64,000 nucleotides of DNA from Ignavibacteria bacterium (lineage in GTDB: Bacteria; Bacteroidota; Ignavibacteria; UBA10030; F1-140-MAGs086), in the NCBI GenBank assembly GCA_016873775.1, contig VGWC01000004.1:1830-65829 (forward strand), written 5' to 3'. Below the pieces are notes generated by a model. That model was not told the origin of the DNA, did no database searches, and saw only the letters and a program-made list of their open reading frames with translations. Shown piece by piece: positions 1 to 9,885 of this stretch (positions within the stretch are counted from its first letter, which is position 1; every line of letters starts with the position of its first letter). Made by a program: the position numbers and the translations under genes.

Positions 1-253
1 CGTCGCCGTTGAGTCGCTTTACCACCGCACAGACAAAACGATAATCTTCGCTACGTTTGTAAAATAAAAAAACTGTATCGTCTTTGCTGCTGCGCCTTAT
101 TTCATCGGGATTGGAAATTGTGTTTTCAACAAGTTCTTCTTTCCCGAACATTATAGGATGTTTTGTAGATGTAATAATCTCCCAATAGTTTCTCGTTACT
201 CTCACGGAAAAACCGAGTGGGGTTTGAGTTTCAAAAAGAATATCGTCGAGCAT
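1..253 (-). CDS. Partial small toxin-like protein (DUF4258/RelE-like nuclease fold), runs off the window edge
   Basis: Manual translation from ATG at 253: MLDDILFETQTPLGFSVRVTRNYWEIITSTKHPIMFGKEELVENTISNPDEIRRSSKDDTVFLFYKR...; 'KHP' and 'PDEIRRS.D' motifs resemble small TA toxins; lies next to hicAB. Confidence 0.55.
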   Translation of the reverse strand, partial: MLDDILFETQTPLGFSVRVTRNYWEIITSTKHPIMFGKEELVENTISNPDEIRRSSKDDTVFLFYKRSEDYRFVCAVVKRLNGD

Positions 254-286
254 TTGTTACAGTCTTACAAGAGAAAAATTTTTATT

Positions 287-372
287 CACCGCGAATGACA
301 CAGATACAACACGGATTTCCACGAATTATTTCGGTGAAGGTTCGTGTTTCATTCGTGTAATTCGTGGTTAAT
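287..372. repeat. Imperfect inverted repeat (REP-like stem-loop)
   Basis: Left arm caccgcgaatgacacagatacaacacgga vs reverse complement of right arm aaccacgaattacacgaatgaaacacgaa. Confidence 0.6.
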
Positions 373-379
373 TTTCCGT

Positions 380-601
380 TCATAACAAATCTAAAAACTC
401 ATCAACAGTCATTCCGGCAAAACGAATCAACGAGCGAAGAGTACCCACAGAAAGTTCTTTATGCTGCGGAATAGAAAGATTAGCGCGAACACCTTGTTTT
501 ACCATTACGTAATGACTTCCGACTTGTCCCATACCTTTTCATCCCGCTTTCCGAAAAGCGTTCACTGCCTCTTTGCCCGAGATATTTGCTAAGCGTCTCA
601 T
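380..601 (-). pseudogene. hicA: HicA-family mRNA interferase with premature stop
   Basis: MRRLANISGKEAVNAFRKAG*KGMGQVGSHYVMVKQGVRANLSIPQHKELSVGTLRSLIRFAGMTVDEFLDLL; GSH and 'IP.H.EL..GTL' motifs; TGA at 541-539 (codon 21); start overlaps the hicB stop (TAATG). Confidence 0.85.
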
Positions 602-834
602 TATACTGCAACAACAATGGGTTCTATTTTTTTCTGAGAATGCGCTGCATTGTTCGCAGTAAGCGTCAACATTGCTTTTTGGTCTTCCGCCCAAAGCCAC
701 GCAGTGATTGCTTCTTTTATATTGTCGAGCGCTTCTTTTTCATCTTTCCCTTGTGAAACACATCCGGGAAGCGCGGGAACTTCTGCGACAAGCCATCCGT
801 CTTCTGCTTGTTCTAATGTTACATGAAAGAGCAT
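601..834 (-). CDS. hicB: HicB-family antitoxin
   Basis: 'EDGW.VAEVPALPGCVSQG...EAL.NIKEAI' HicB signature. Confidence 0.9.
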   Translation of the reverse strand: MLFHVTLEQAEDGWLVAEVPALPGCVSQGKDEKEALDNIKEAITAWLWAEDQKAMLTLTANNAAHSQKKIEPIVVAV

Positions 835-927
835 AAATTTCTGATACTATAATTGAAAAAATTTCGTTATTAATTTACAAAACACATTCATTGAAATCTA
901 CAATGTTAAATGTAAAATATAAAATGT

Positions 928-2880
928 TCAATAACTTTTCTCCATCACCCACGAATAAATCGTCCCCGCCAAAAACGCTCCCGCGCCGCCAACAGAAATT
1001 TGAAAATAGAGTTGATGTTTGTCGCGTATATCCCGAAAGTTTTTTACATCGGTTCCATTCGTTGCCGCATTGTAATAATCGTTCTTTTTCTCCGCGCTCA
1101 AAAAGAAATACGTTCCTACACCAGTTGCAAGCGTTGCTCCAGCAATCGAAATCCATTTCCCTCTTGCCCATCTATCAATAGATTGCTGGCGTGTGCCTTC
1201 GTACGTGAGTAGTTCAAACCTCACTTGCTTCTTATCATTTTCCAACAATGAGATGGTTTCCGTTTTATCAAGGAAATTATTTTTCTTTGCTGTTATGCGA
1301 TAATCACCAATCAAGAGAGGAAGAACTTTCGGCGCAGTTCCTTTGTATTCTTCGTTCACAAAAATTTCCGCATCGCTTGCTTCCATCGGCTCAACAAACA
1401 CAGAAACACTTCCGAGTTTTGGTGTTGGCGTGAGTGTTATGTTTTTATTCTCTCCAACGGAAACATATACTTCTTTTTCATCCGATGTATATTTTTCTCC
1501 GCGCTCTGCTCGTAACTGATAGCGTCCTGCATTTAATCGCGCTGTGTATGTTCCTTCACCAACTTCTTTATTGTTCAGAAAAATTTTACTTTCGTTTGCA
1601 GTTACATTCAATTCGCCATAATTTTTATTGAGCAAAATTGTTTTAGTTGTTGTTTTGCCGTCTTCAATCAGAATTTGTTCTTCTGTATCGTTGTAGAGTT
1701 CTTTGGAAACTTTGAGAAGATATTTTCCCGAAGTAAGTTTATTGTTGGTGAATGGAGTAACGCCGGCTTTCTTTCCGTCAAGAAAAACTTCGGCATTATT
1801 TTCCGGCGATGACGTAACGGAAAGTGTGCCAAACGCAGGACGCATTTGAGTAGTGATAGTATATGTTTCTCCGTCGCGCACTTCTAAGGAAAATGTAGAA
1901 TCGTGATAAAATTTTTGAGTGAGGAGAAGCGAGTATGTTTGGCTTTCGATTGTATAGTTTGTAATTGGTGCTTCGCCGATAAATTTATCGTTGAGATACA
2001 CGGAAGTTCCCGACGGTTGTTCTGTAACATTTAAAATTCCGAAACGAGGTTTGAGTTTCAGTGAAAGCGATTTTGTTTTTCCTTCTTCAATAGTAAACGT
2101 CGAAACGTCGGAGTGATACAATGCTTTACGCAATTCTAACTGATGATTTCCCGCAACGAGTTCTCCTTGATACGGTGTTGCTCCAACCTTTTGTCCGTTC
2201 ACCAAAATTTCCGCTCCGCTTGGTTCGGATGTTATTTGCACAATACCGGGCAATGAAAATATTTGTGTTGTTGTTCCTGCTTTCAACGTAATGTCGAGTT
2301 GCTGATTTTGCGAAACGTTCATCGTTTTTGTTTCATCGGCAAATCCATCTTTGGAAAAACGAAATGTGAATTCACCTTGCGGAAGTTTATATGAAATTGT
2401 TTTGCTTTTAGAAAGTGTCGGCGAAAAATTACCGTATGAAGAATACACATTGTCCTCGCTGAGTTTAAAAACAATTTCAAATAAATTTTCGTCTGCTATT
2501 CTATCAGGCGCAAAACCAACTGCTTTTATCGCCATTTCATAACTTCGCTTTTGAGCAAAGTTTGTAGCGGGAAGTTCGAGTCGTTGAAAACCATCGGCAT
2601 CAATTTTCAAAATGTGTGTGCCGTACGGAATCCACACTTCCCAATCCCCGGAGGAAACTTGCGTTACTTTATCAATCCGTCGGTTGCTTTCAAATCGAAG
2701 ATTCGGAATTTGTGAATGTACCATAATCACCGCTTTATCTGTTTCCAATACTACGCGCGAAGATTGATACAATGTATCAACTTTCATCTGGCGATTGAGA
2801 GTTTGAGTAAATGATAACGTTTGAAAGAGAGTTGTAAAGCAGATAGCAAAAATAATTCTTATGGTTTGATTTATCCTCAT
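928..2880 (-). CDS. Secreted multi-PEGA-domain protein with hydrophobic C-terminus
   Basis: Signal peptide; repeated 'ITSEPSGAEILVNG..VG.TP...L..G.H.L' PEGA units; two C-terminal hydrophobic segments. Confidence 0.85.
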   Translation of the reverse strand: MRINQTIRIIFAICFTTLFQTLSFTQTLNRQMKVDTLYQSSRVVLETDKAVIMVHSQIPNLRFESNRRIDKVTQVSSGDWEVWIPYGTHILKIDADGFQRLELPATNFAQKRSYEMAIKAVGFAPDRIADENLFEIVFKLSEDNVYSSYGNFSPTLSKSKTISYKLPQGEFTFRFSKDGFADETKTMNVSQNQQLDITLKAGTTTQIFSLPGIVQITSEPSGAEILVNGQKVGATPYQGELVAGNHQLELRKALYHSDVSTFTIEEGKTKSLSLKLKPRFGILNVTEQPSGTSVYLNDKFIGEAPITNYTIESQTYSLLLTQKFYHDSTFSLEVRDGETYTITTQMRPAFGTLSVTSSPENNAEVFLDGKKAGVTPFTNNKLTSGKYLLKVSKELYNDTEEQILIEDGKTTTKTILLNKNYGELNVTANESKIFLNNKEVGEGTYTARLNAGRYQLRAERGEKYTSDEKEVYVSVGENKNITLTPTPKLGSVSVFVEPMEASDAEIFVNEEYKGTAPKVLPLLIGDYRITAKKNNFLDKTETISLLENDKKQVRFELLTYEGTRQQSIDRWARGKWISIAGATLATGVGTYFFLSAEKKNDYYNAATNGTDVKNFRDIRDKHQLYFQISVGGAGAFLAGTIYSWVMEKSY

Positions 2881-3037
2881 ATTTTTTTGTTTGTTTCAGA
2901 TAAAAGAAAATGGAAAAATTTGCGGCGTAAATTTAGTAATTGTAGGACTAATTCACAACGGATTCACAGCAGTTGAAACGAAACTCTGTTGAAAATAATA
3001 CTCATCTGTTTCATTCATATATCTGTTGAGAATGACC

Positions 3038-4234
3038 TTACTTCAACACTTCAATCCAAATAATTCGCATTCCCGCATAGTGCGTGATGTCAATTTCACT
3101 CATATTTTTTGCGTTGTAATATTTTTGTTTTTCAAAACGCACGAGAGCAACGATGCCATTCTGATCAATGATTGCGGCAAATAACCCTTCGCGCGATTCA
3201 AAATCCTTAGCGCTGCCAGTTATAAGTTTATTCTTTTTTACAAGCGAATCCAGTTTCGATGTAAATTCGTCAAAATTTTTGGTAGTGAGGAGCGTAGAGA
3301 TTGGAGCCGGGAGATTAGTAGTGTGTGTATCGCTCATCGTTGCTCCAGTATTCGGTTTTGTTCTCGCGCCCGGAAGAGTGAACACAACAGTATTTGCAAT
3401 GGTATTGTTAATGCGAACCGAATGCGCAAGTTGTAGTAATTCATCCATTTCGTCTTCGTAAGCGTAATGGACATTCAGTAAAATTTCGCGCTCAATATTT
3501 TCCTCTTGCGAAAAATAGAATGTGAGTTTCGCTTCGCCGTTTCGAACTTCTCCTTGCGTTTGTCCTTGTCCATCGAAATATTCGAAGTACAAATGTGAAA
3601 CGAGTTTGCTTTTATATTCAACGTTATATTTCCAAACAAGATGTTCGTCATCAATTTTTTTTACAGCAGAACAATGAATGTTACGAACAATATTTTCCAT
3701 CTCATTAGCAATCGCTGACGAAAGATTCGAAGTAGCAATTCCGTTAGAAAAAGTGAATGAAATCGTATCGGGATACATTTCGGTGAGCAACAACGCCCAA
3801 TAGTAATTTTTTAACGCTGTGCCAATGTTTCCCTTCTTTGATTCCGATTGAGCAAGAAGTAAATGCTCGATGGTTTTCTGTTTTCTCAGTGCGAATATTT
3901 TTTTCACAATGTCCCGCGCAATAAATTTTTTCACATGAAAAATATTGTCTGCGTCTTTCATAATTTCCTCCTGAACGTCCTGCAACTGCATCGAAGATTT
4001 TGCAATGATTTCAACTGATGTCGTTTCATTCAACGCGGTGTTTGTTTCCGACAATTTTCTTTTGACGGAAGAAGAAACAAACACTTGAATTTGTTCAAGC
4101 ATAGATTTCATAGCATCTTGCTTTGCTTTTTCTAAGTCAGCATTGGAAGCAACACCAGTGTAGTATGTGTTATCTTGCTGCGAAATAGTTTTTAAAGGAA
4201 TAAGGAAAATAAGAAGAATAAAAAATTTATACAT
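3038..4234 (-). CDS. Secreted protein with N-terminal LPP20-like domain
   Basis: Likely start MYKFFILL (4234) with signal peptide; 'YYTG.....A...A...M..QI.V.V.S' LPP20-like N-terminus. Confidence 0.6.
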   Translation of the reverse strand: MYKFFILLIFLIPLKTISQQDNTYYTGVASNADLEKAKQDAMKSMLEQIQVFVSSSVKRKLSETNTALNETTSVEIIAKSSMQLQDVQEEIMKDADNIFHVKKFIARDIVKKIFALRKQKTIEHLLLAQSESKKGNIGTALKNYYWALLLTEMYPDTISFTFSNGIATSNLSSAIANEMENIVRNIHCSAVKKIDDEHLVWKYNVEYKSKLVSHLYFEYFDGQGQTQGEVRNGEAKLTFYFSQEENIEREILLNVHYAYEDEMDELLQLAHSVRINNTIANTVVFTLPGARTKPNTGATMSDTHTTNLPAPISTLLTTKNFDEFTSKLDSLVKKNKLITGSAKDFESREGLFAAIIDQNGIVALVRFEKQKYYNAKNMSEIDITHYAGMRIIWIEVLK

Positions 4235-4320
4235 AAAGTTTTTTCTACATAGTAAAAATAGCCGCCAAGAATCACAAAGAATAAAAACTTGACTCAATCC
4301 TAAAATCTGTAAATACTTCC

Positions 4321-5526
4321 TCACTTCCACTCGCCGTACAGTTCCATCCGTTCCGTAACTCGCACAACGTAATCCTGCGTTTCTTTGTACGGCAATTTAT
4401 TTTTCAATTGTTTGAATACTTCGTCGGAAGTCATAGAATTTATTTTTTTAACTGCGGGTTTCAGTTTTGTTTTTCCTGTGAACGCGCGAGCAACATTTCC
4501 TGCGCCGGTATTATACGCAGCTACAGCACAATACAAACGACTTTGTTCATTCTTAATATTCTTGAAATATTTCGACAGCAAAATTTTTAAGTACGCAGTA
4601 CCGAGTTCAACATTGTTTTCTGGAGTGTACAAATATTCCGGTGTGAGCAGAGAATCAACTTTATACACGTACAAATACGCATCACGACCTGCAGATTTCG
4701 GAACGAGTTGCATCAATCCGTATGCAGGAACACCGGAGCGCGCTTTCGGATTGAAAAAACTTTCCGTATGAATCACTGCAAACGCGAGCGAAGCATCAAC
4801 TTCAAAACGCTTCGATTCGTGTTGCACGTTCTCGCGAAATTTGTCCGCGCGTTTTTTTAAATGTTCGGGAACAAGCGGAACACGTACTATTATTGCAATG
4901 CGTTTTTTCCCGTCGTCGCCTTTGATTTCTTCTTGTTGCGTTTCTGATTTTGCTGCGATTTGTTCTGCAAAAGTTATTGCATTTTCTTCGGTAACCGGTT
5001 TTCCATCAAGCGTCGAAAGTTGTTCAAGCAATATCGGTTCATCGGCGGGTTTTGAGGTTTCTTTTTTTTCCAACGGGTCATCGTTTCCTTTCGATACGAC
5101 CATTTTAGAAATTTCCTCTTTCAATTTTTGCTGAATAGTTTCTTTATTTTTCGATTCCGTTTCGTCAACGAGAATTTCCACTTTTGCAACTCCTTTTTCA
5201 AAATCAACGCTCCGACGCGATTTGAAATCTTTGCTGTACGATATCCATTCTTTCTTCGAACTTGTTTTCACATTTTTTTTCCCCCAGTTCTTCCCGATGT
5301 TTTTTACGTAATCTTCAAACGTTTTTTTTTGCTCTTCTTCAAATTTTTTATACTCATCGGAAACTTTTTGTTGATATTGAAAAAACGCTTCTTCCTGTTC
5401 CTGAATGCCTTGTTGTTGCTGTTTCATAAATTGTTGAAACAACGAATCTTCTTTAGTTTGTGAAAAAAGAAATTGGTAAAATGAAAATAATAGAATGATG
5501 ATGGAGAGTAAATGTGTATAACGCAT
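4321..5526 (-). CDS. MltC-like murein lytic transglycosylase (DUF3393 + SLT domain)
   Basis: SLT motifs 'IHTESFFNPKARS', 'AYGLMQL', 'AAYNTGAGNV', 'ETQDYV'; N-terminal 'RRSVDFEKG' DUF3393-like region; likely start MRYTHLL. Confidence 0.88.
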   Translation of the reverse strand: MRYTHLLSIIILLFSFYQFLFSQTKEDSLFQQFMKQQQQGIQEQEEAFFQYQQKVSDEYKKFEEEQKKTFEDYVKNIGKNWGKKNVKTSSKKEWISYSKDFKSRRSVDFEKGVAKVEILVDETESKNKETIQQKLKEEISKMVVSKGNDDPLEKKETSKPADEPILLEQLSTLDGKPVTEENAITFAEQIAAKSETQQEEIKGDDGKKRIAIIVRVPLVPEHLKKRADKFRENVQHESKRFEVDASLAFAVIHTESFFNPKARSGVPAYGLMQLVPKSAGRDAYLYVYKVDSLLTPEYLYTPENNVELGTAYLKILLSKYFKNIKNEQSRLYCAVAAYNTGAGNVARAFTGKTKLKPAVKKINSMTSDEVFKQLKNKLPYKETQDYVVRVTERMELYGEWK

Positions 5527-5611
5527 ATATTGTTTCTTGAAAAAAACCGTAAAATGAAATTTGTTATTGAATATGTCGTTGAAACCGTTCAAGATTCAGT
5601 TTTCCATTTTT

Positions 5612-6844
5612 TTATTTGACGAACGACAGAAACCGTTCTTCCAATAATGCACCGGAAGTATGCTTCATTTCATTGCGCAAAAATTCCTGGAGCAATTCTC
5701 TTCGCTGCACAAAGTCAAGATATGCGAAAGGACGTTCTTCTTCGATGTCAACATCGAAAACATTTTTCGTGCGCGCTTCAATTTTTTGTATGAGTTGAGT
5801 GAGTGTTTGTGCATCGTAGCCACAATGTGTCAAAATAATTGCGGCGGCTTTATCCGCTTCCGTTTCCATTTTCAACGTACGAGGTTTGTTCACTGTTTCC
5901 CATGCTACTTGCGCAAATTCTACTAATGCTTCTTCCGTTGTGTCGGGAGATTCATTGAACTCTTTATTCATATCTTCGAATGCTTCTTCGACGTGAATTT
6001 TTGTTTTTGAATAAACAAGTTCTTTGATTCCATGCTGCAAAATAATGTGCATTATTTCGTGAGCAATAACACCAGCGAGTTCTGCTTCATTGCTGCAAAC
6101 ATCAATCAAACCTTTGGAAACAAAAACAAATCCTCCCGGAAGTGAAAATGCGACTGCGCGTTCGTCGTCGAGTACATAAAAGCGAAATCGCACGTCATTC
6201 ATCGGCGTATGTTCAACGATATACAGTCCAAGAAGGTTAACATACTTTGAAAGAGCAGGATTGCGAACGACACCGCGTGATAAAATTTTTGCGGCAATTC
6301 CTGCGCCGATTCCTTCTTCCGATTCTGAACAATGATATTCGGGAATCAATGTTTGAAAATCTTCATAAATGTTGTGAAACGGAACAAGATGCACTTGTTG
6401 CAACGTGCTTCGCTGAAAATCAAGAAAATCGTTTGCGGAAAATGCTTGTTCGGCAATAACGTCGAGCATTTCAATTTGTTCGCGGGAAGTTTTGCCATAA
6501 CGTTCTGCAAAGCCGCGAATTGCCGCTGCAACTCCTGCCTTTGTCGCTTTCGGAGATGACCATTCTGCTTCAAGATTTTTTGATGAACTTGGAGGTGCTT
6601 CAGTCAAACAATTTTTTGACATCCATCCTTTGGTTTTATCGGGAGTTTTAATGTTTAACCACATTCCTTTTTCATCCTGAATAGTAATAGCAACACCGGA
6701 AGGAAGAACGCGCAGAAGGTCGTAGTAATTTCCAGGACCTTCACGTACTTCATTGCGAGTGCGTTTTGTGTACTGTGTTTTTTGCGAGTGAAGAAATGTT
6801 GCAGTGAATAATGATAAAAGTATAATGATGAGAATGCGCTGCAT
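5612..6844 (-). CDS. SH3b domain + M48 family zinc metallopeptidase
   Basis: 'VREGPG.YY.....L..G.....W......GWM' SH3b; 'AFSLPGG', 'ELAGVIAHEIMH' (HExxH), 'ETEAD'. Confidence 0.85.
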   Translation of the reverse strand: MQRILIIILLSLFTATFLHSQKTQYTKRTRNEVREGPGNYYDLLRVLPSGVAITIQDEKGMWLNIKTPDKTKGWMSKNCLTEAPPSSSKNLEAEWSSPKATKAGVAAAIRGFAERYGKTSREQIEMLDVIAEQAFSANDFLDFQRSTLQQVHLVPFHNIYEDFQTLIPEYHCSESEEGIGAGIAAKILSRGVVRNPALSKYVNLLGLYIVEHTPMNDVRFRFYVLDDERAVAFSLPGGFVFVSKGLIDVCSNEAELAGVIAHEIMHIILQHGIKELVYSKTKIHVEEAFEDMNKEFNESPDTTEEALVEFAQVAWETVNKPRTLKMETEADKAAAIILTHCGYDAQTLTQLIQKIEARTKNVFDVDIEEERPFAYLDFVQRRELLQEFLRNEMKHTSGALLEERFLSFVK

Positions 6845-6874
6845 AATAATTTTCCTTTCAATTGAGTTGTGAGG

Positions 6875-9025
6875 TTACGTTAATTCGTGAATTGGTTTCC
6901 ACTCTTCCGCGGGGGGAACGCGGAGAAGTTGTTGAGTGCGTTGAAGAAAAATTTTTGTTGGCGTATCGTTGCTGTTGCGTTCATAAAGTTCGGAAAAAAT
7001 ATCGTTCGCCTTTTGAAACATTCGGTGCTCGTACGCGCGAAGTCCTTCAATGTATTGTTGATAGAACAGCATTTCTTCGTGTGGAACAGTTTCTACGATT
7101 CCGATGACTTGATACAACTTCGTAGCAATATCTTTTCCTTTTAAGTACACCGTATCAATTTCACGGCAAACAATTTTATTTTGGACTTGGAGAAAAACTT
7201 CTTCACTGATAAGAATGGAAGTGCGATAAATTTTATTTGCGCCTTCGAGACGTGAAGCGATATTGACTGTATCGCCAATTGCAGTGTACTCGATGCGTTG
7301 TTTCGAACCGATATTCCCAATAACCATTTTACCGCTATGAATTCCAAATCGCGTTGTACTGAAGAGATTATTACTCCGCAGTTTGAGTTTCTTTAATGCA
7401 TCCTGAATTTCAAGCGCAGAAATACACGCGCGATAAGCGTCGTCATTTTTCTTATCGGGAATTCCATACATTGCCATAACTGCATCGCCGATGTATTTAT
7501 CGAGAAATCCTCCATTGCGAAAAATAATATCTGCAACGATAGAAAAATATTCATTGAGATTTTTTACTAAGGTTTTCGGTTCGTCGTTCAGTTGTTCCGC
7601 TTTCTCCGTGTAGTCTTCGATATCGGAAAAAAATATCACGGCATCGCGCAGTTCTCCTTCGCGGTCTATTTTTTCCGGATGTTCTTCAATCGTTTTAACG
7701 ATGCTCGGATGCAAGTATCTGTTGAACATAGAACGCAATTGACGCCGCGCTCTTCCTTCCGTTGCGTAACTCCATACAGAAGATATTGCAAACGAAGAAA
7801 AAATAGCGAAGAGTGGTGCGACCATTTCAAGCCAGATTTTTTGCGACGTGAACAAATAACAACAAAGATAAATCCAAATTCCCGTACTGAGAAACACAAC
7901 AACAATACTGAACCATACTTCGCGAAAATAAAACATTGCAAAAGAAATTGCAAAAGAAAAGAACAGAATAGCAAGAAGCGTTACGAATTGGTTTGTTATT
8001 TGTAAAAAATCTTGTTGAAGAAGATTGCTCAACATTGTTGCATAAATTTCCATTCCAGGATATGGTTCTTCCTGCGTAAACGGTGTATTGCGAAAATCCA
8101 GAAGCCCCGGCGCGTTTGTTCCGATGATAACATATTTATTGTTGAATGAATCCGACGGAATAATCGGTTGATGATGACGTTGTTCCTGCAATGCGGAACT
8201 CAGCAGCGTTTGAATGGAATAGTATTGATTTTTAAAACATCCTTCGGGTCCTCCTTTACCATACCACCACAACAGGAAATTTCCGTTTTCATCAAGAGGA
8301 ATTGAAACCGAATCTACAAGAATTTTTTTTGAAACATCGTTGAATAAAATTTGTTTTTTTTGAATACAAAATCCGGCGAAACCGAGATGGGGAAGCGTGT
8401 TTCCATTGTAATTGAACAGCAAAGGAATGCGTCGGCAAATTCCATCAGCATCAAAAAAATAGTTGACCGTTCCCAATGAATGTGCGGAAGTTTGAAGCAA
8501 TGGAGAGGGGAGAAGCGCAGATGAAAAAATTGTCGTAGAAACTGCGTTTAACGGAAAATTGAATGTTTGTTTTGCGACAAGTTTATGATTGGGCGGTGTA
8601 ATTTCTTCCTTTAATTGAAATGCAAGCGAAACATTGTTGGCGTTCGTGAGCGCTTCGGAAAAAATGCGGTCATTGATGTCTTCGCCGTTCACCCAATCTT
8701 TGACATCGGGAGAAGTGAATAACACATCGAAGAGCACTGCCTTTGCGTTTCCCCGTTGAAAATATGAAACAAGTTGTGCGTAAATATCACGAGGCCAAGG
8801 CCAGTACACATTTTGTTTTTCTAACGCCTGCAAACTTGGGTCATCTATGACAGCAATAGCAATATTTTTGCTTACGGATTCCGGATGGGAAAAAAGATGA
8901 AATCGAATATCGAGAGTTTTAAGTTCGAGATGTTCAAAGGTGGAGAAGAGTACGAGTAAAAGAATAAACAATACAGCAACGCATCCACTGTAGAACGAAG
9001 TGCGAAATTTTCTGTTCGAATTCAT
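6875..9025 (-). CDS. CHASE2-sensor membrane adenylate cyclase (class IIIb)
   Basis: 'IDD.SL....WPWPR' CHASE2; 3 TM segments; 'FSDIEDYT', 'DKYIGDAVM', 'YTAIGDTVNIASRLEG'. Confidence 0.93.
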   Translation of the reverse strand: MNSNRKFRTSFYSGCVAVLFILLLVLFSTFEHLELKTLDIRFHLFSHPESVSKNIAIAVIDDPSLQALEKQNVYWPWPRDIYAQLVSYFQRGNAKAVLFDVLFTSPDVKDWVNGEDINDRIFSEALTNANNVSLAFQLKEEITPPNHKLVAKQTFNFPLNAVSTTIFSSALLPSPLLQTSAHSLGTVNYFFDADGICRRIPLLFNYNGNTLPHLGFAGFCIQKKQILFNDVSKKILVDSVSIPLDENGNFLLWWYGKGGPEGCFKNQYYSIQTLLSSALQEQRHHQPIIPSDSFNNKYVIIGTNAPGLLDFRNTPFTQEEPYPGMEIYATMLSNLLQQDFLQITNQFVTLLAILFFSFAISFAMFYFREVWFSIVVVFLSTGIWIYLCCYLFTSQKIWLEMVAPLFAIFSSFAISSVWSYATEGRARRQLRSMFNRYLHPSIVKTIEEHPEKIDREGELRDAVIFFSDIEDYTEKAEQLNDEPKTLVKNLNEYFSIVADIIFRNGGFLDKYIGDAVMAMYGIPDKKNDDAYRACISALEIQDALKKLKLRSNNLFSTTRFGIHSGKMVIGNIGSKQRIEYTAIGDTVNIASRLEGANKIYRTSILISEEVFLQVQNKIVCREIDTVYLKGKDIATKLYQVIGIVETVPHEEMLFYQQYIEGLRAYEHRMFQKANDIFSELYERNSNDTPTKIFLQRTQQLLRVPPAEEWKPIHELT

Positions 9026-9097
9026 CGTTTGATATTAAATGAATGAAAAAGAATATGCTCAAAAGTTCTGAAAAGAAAATTTCTTGTATCAGTTATA

Positions 9098-9859
9098 TCA
9101 CGGAGTTAGTGGACAACGGATGAGTACATAATAAATATTATTGTTCGTGTCTCGCCATCGCTTCGTAATTTCAGCATTGGAAACCACAACAGAAAATTCT
9201 TGATTCTGTATTTCTTGTCCGCTCTGTGCAGTAGATTTCGTTATGGATTGCAGTTTAAGTGTTGCTAATGAGCGTGCAAGTTTCCATCGAGCATCTCGTT
9301 CTGCTTCAATCCACGATGATAATTCATAGTAATTATCTTGTTCGACACCAACTTGATATACAACATTTTTTTCTTTAGGAAGTGCAGATGTCCAATCAGG
9401 TGCGCGTGAATCGGAAACGTTGATGAGTGTCTTGAAATGTTCAAACTCTTTGCACGATGAATCGCCGACGAGAACAACAGCACAATTTTCCGTGAATGAA
9501 GAATCGAGAACAATGAGAGAAGGTGAATTTCTCAGCAACAATGAAGAATCAAATGATTCGAGAAAATTATTTCCCTGGAACATCGTTCCGTGCTCCATTT
9601 TGAAAAACGCTTCGCCTCCGGATACAGAAAATTGTTTGAGGCGAACACTGTTTTCAATTGCGTTTTTCTTGGCGGCAAGTACAGAATTGTGTTGATAATG
9701 CGAAAGAGTTGCAAATCCAACGGATATTGATGGACACGCAACTCTTTCGGGCTCGAGAAACCATAATGGATATTCAAAAGGTTCCTGGGAAAACAAGACT
9801 GAGTTGAAAAGTAACAGAACGAGAAGCGTACGCAATGAAGGGGAAAAAAAATACAGCAT
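9098..9859 (-). CDS. Secreted protein with LPP20-like repeats
   Basis: Signal peptide; two 'P.W......VG.......A...A' units; 'AERDARWKLA'. Confidence 0.55.
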   Translation of the reverse strand: MLYFFSPSLRTLLVLLLFNSVLFSQEPFEYPLWFLEPERVACPSISVGFATLSHYQHNSVLAAKKNAIENSVRLKQFSVSGGEAFFKMEHGTMFQGNNFLESFDSSLLLRNSPSLIVLDSSFTENCAVVLVGDSSCKEFEHFKTLINVSDSRAPDWTSALPKEKNVVYQVGVEQDNYYELSSWIEAERDARWKLARSLATLKLQSITKSTAQSGQEIQNQEFSVVVSNAEITKRWRDTNNNIYYVLIRCPLTP

Positions 9860-9885
9860 TGCAAGTTCCTCGCAGTAACGATTGA

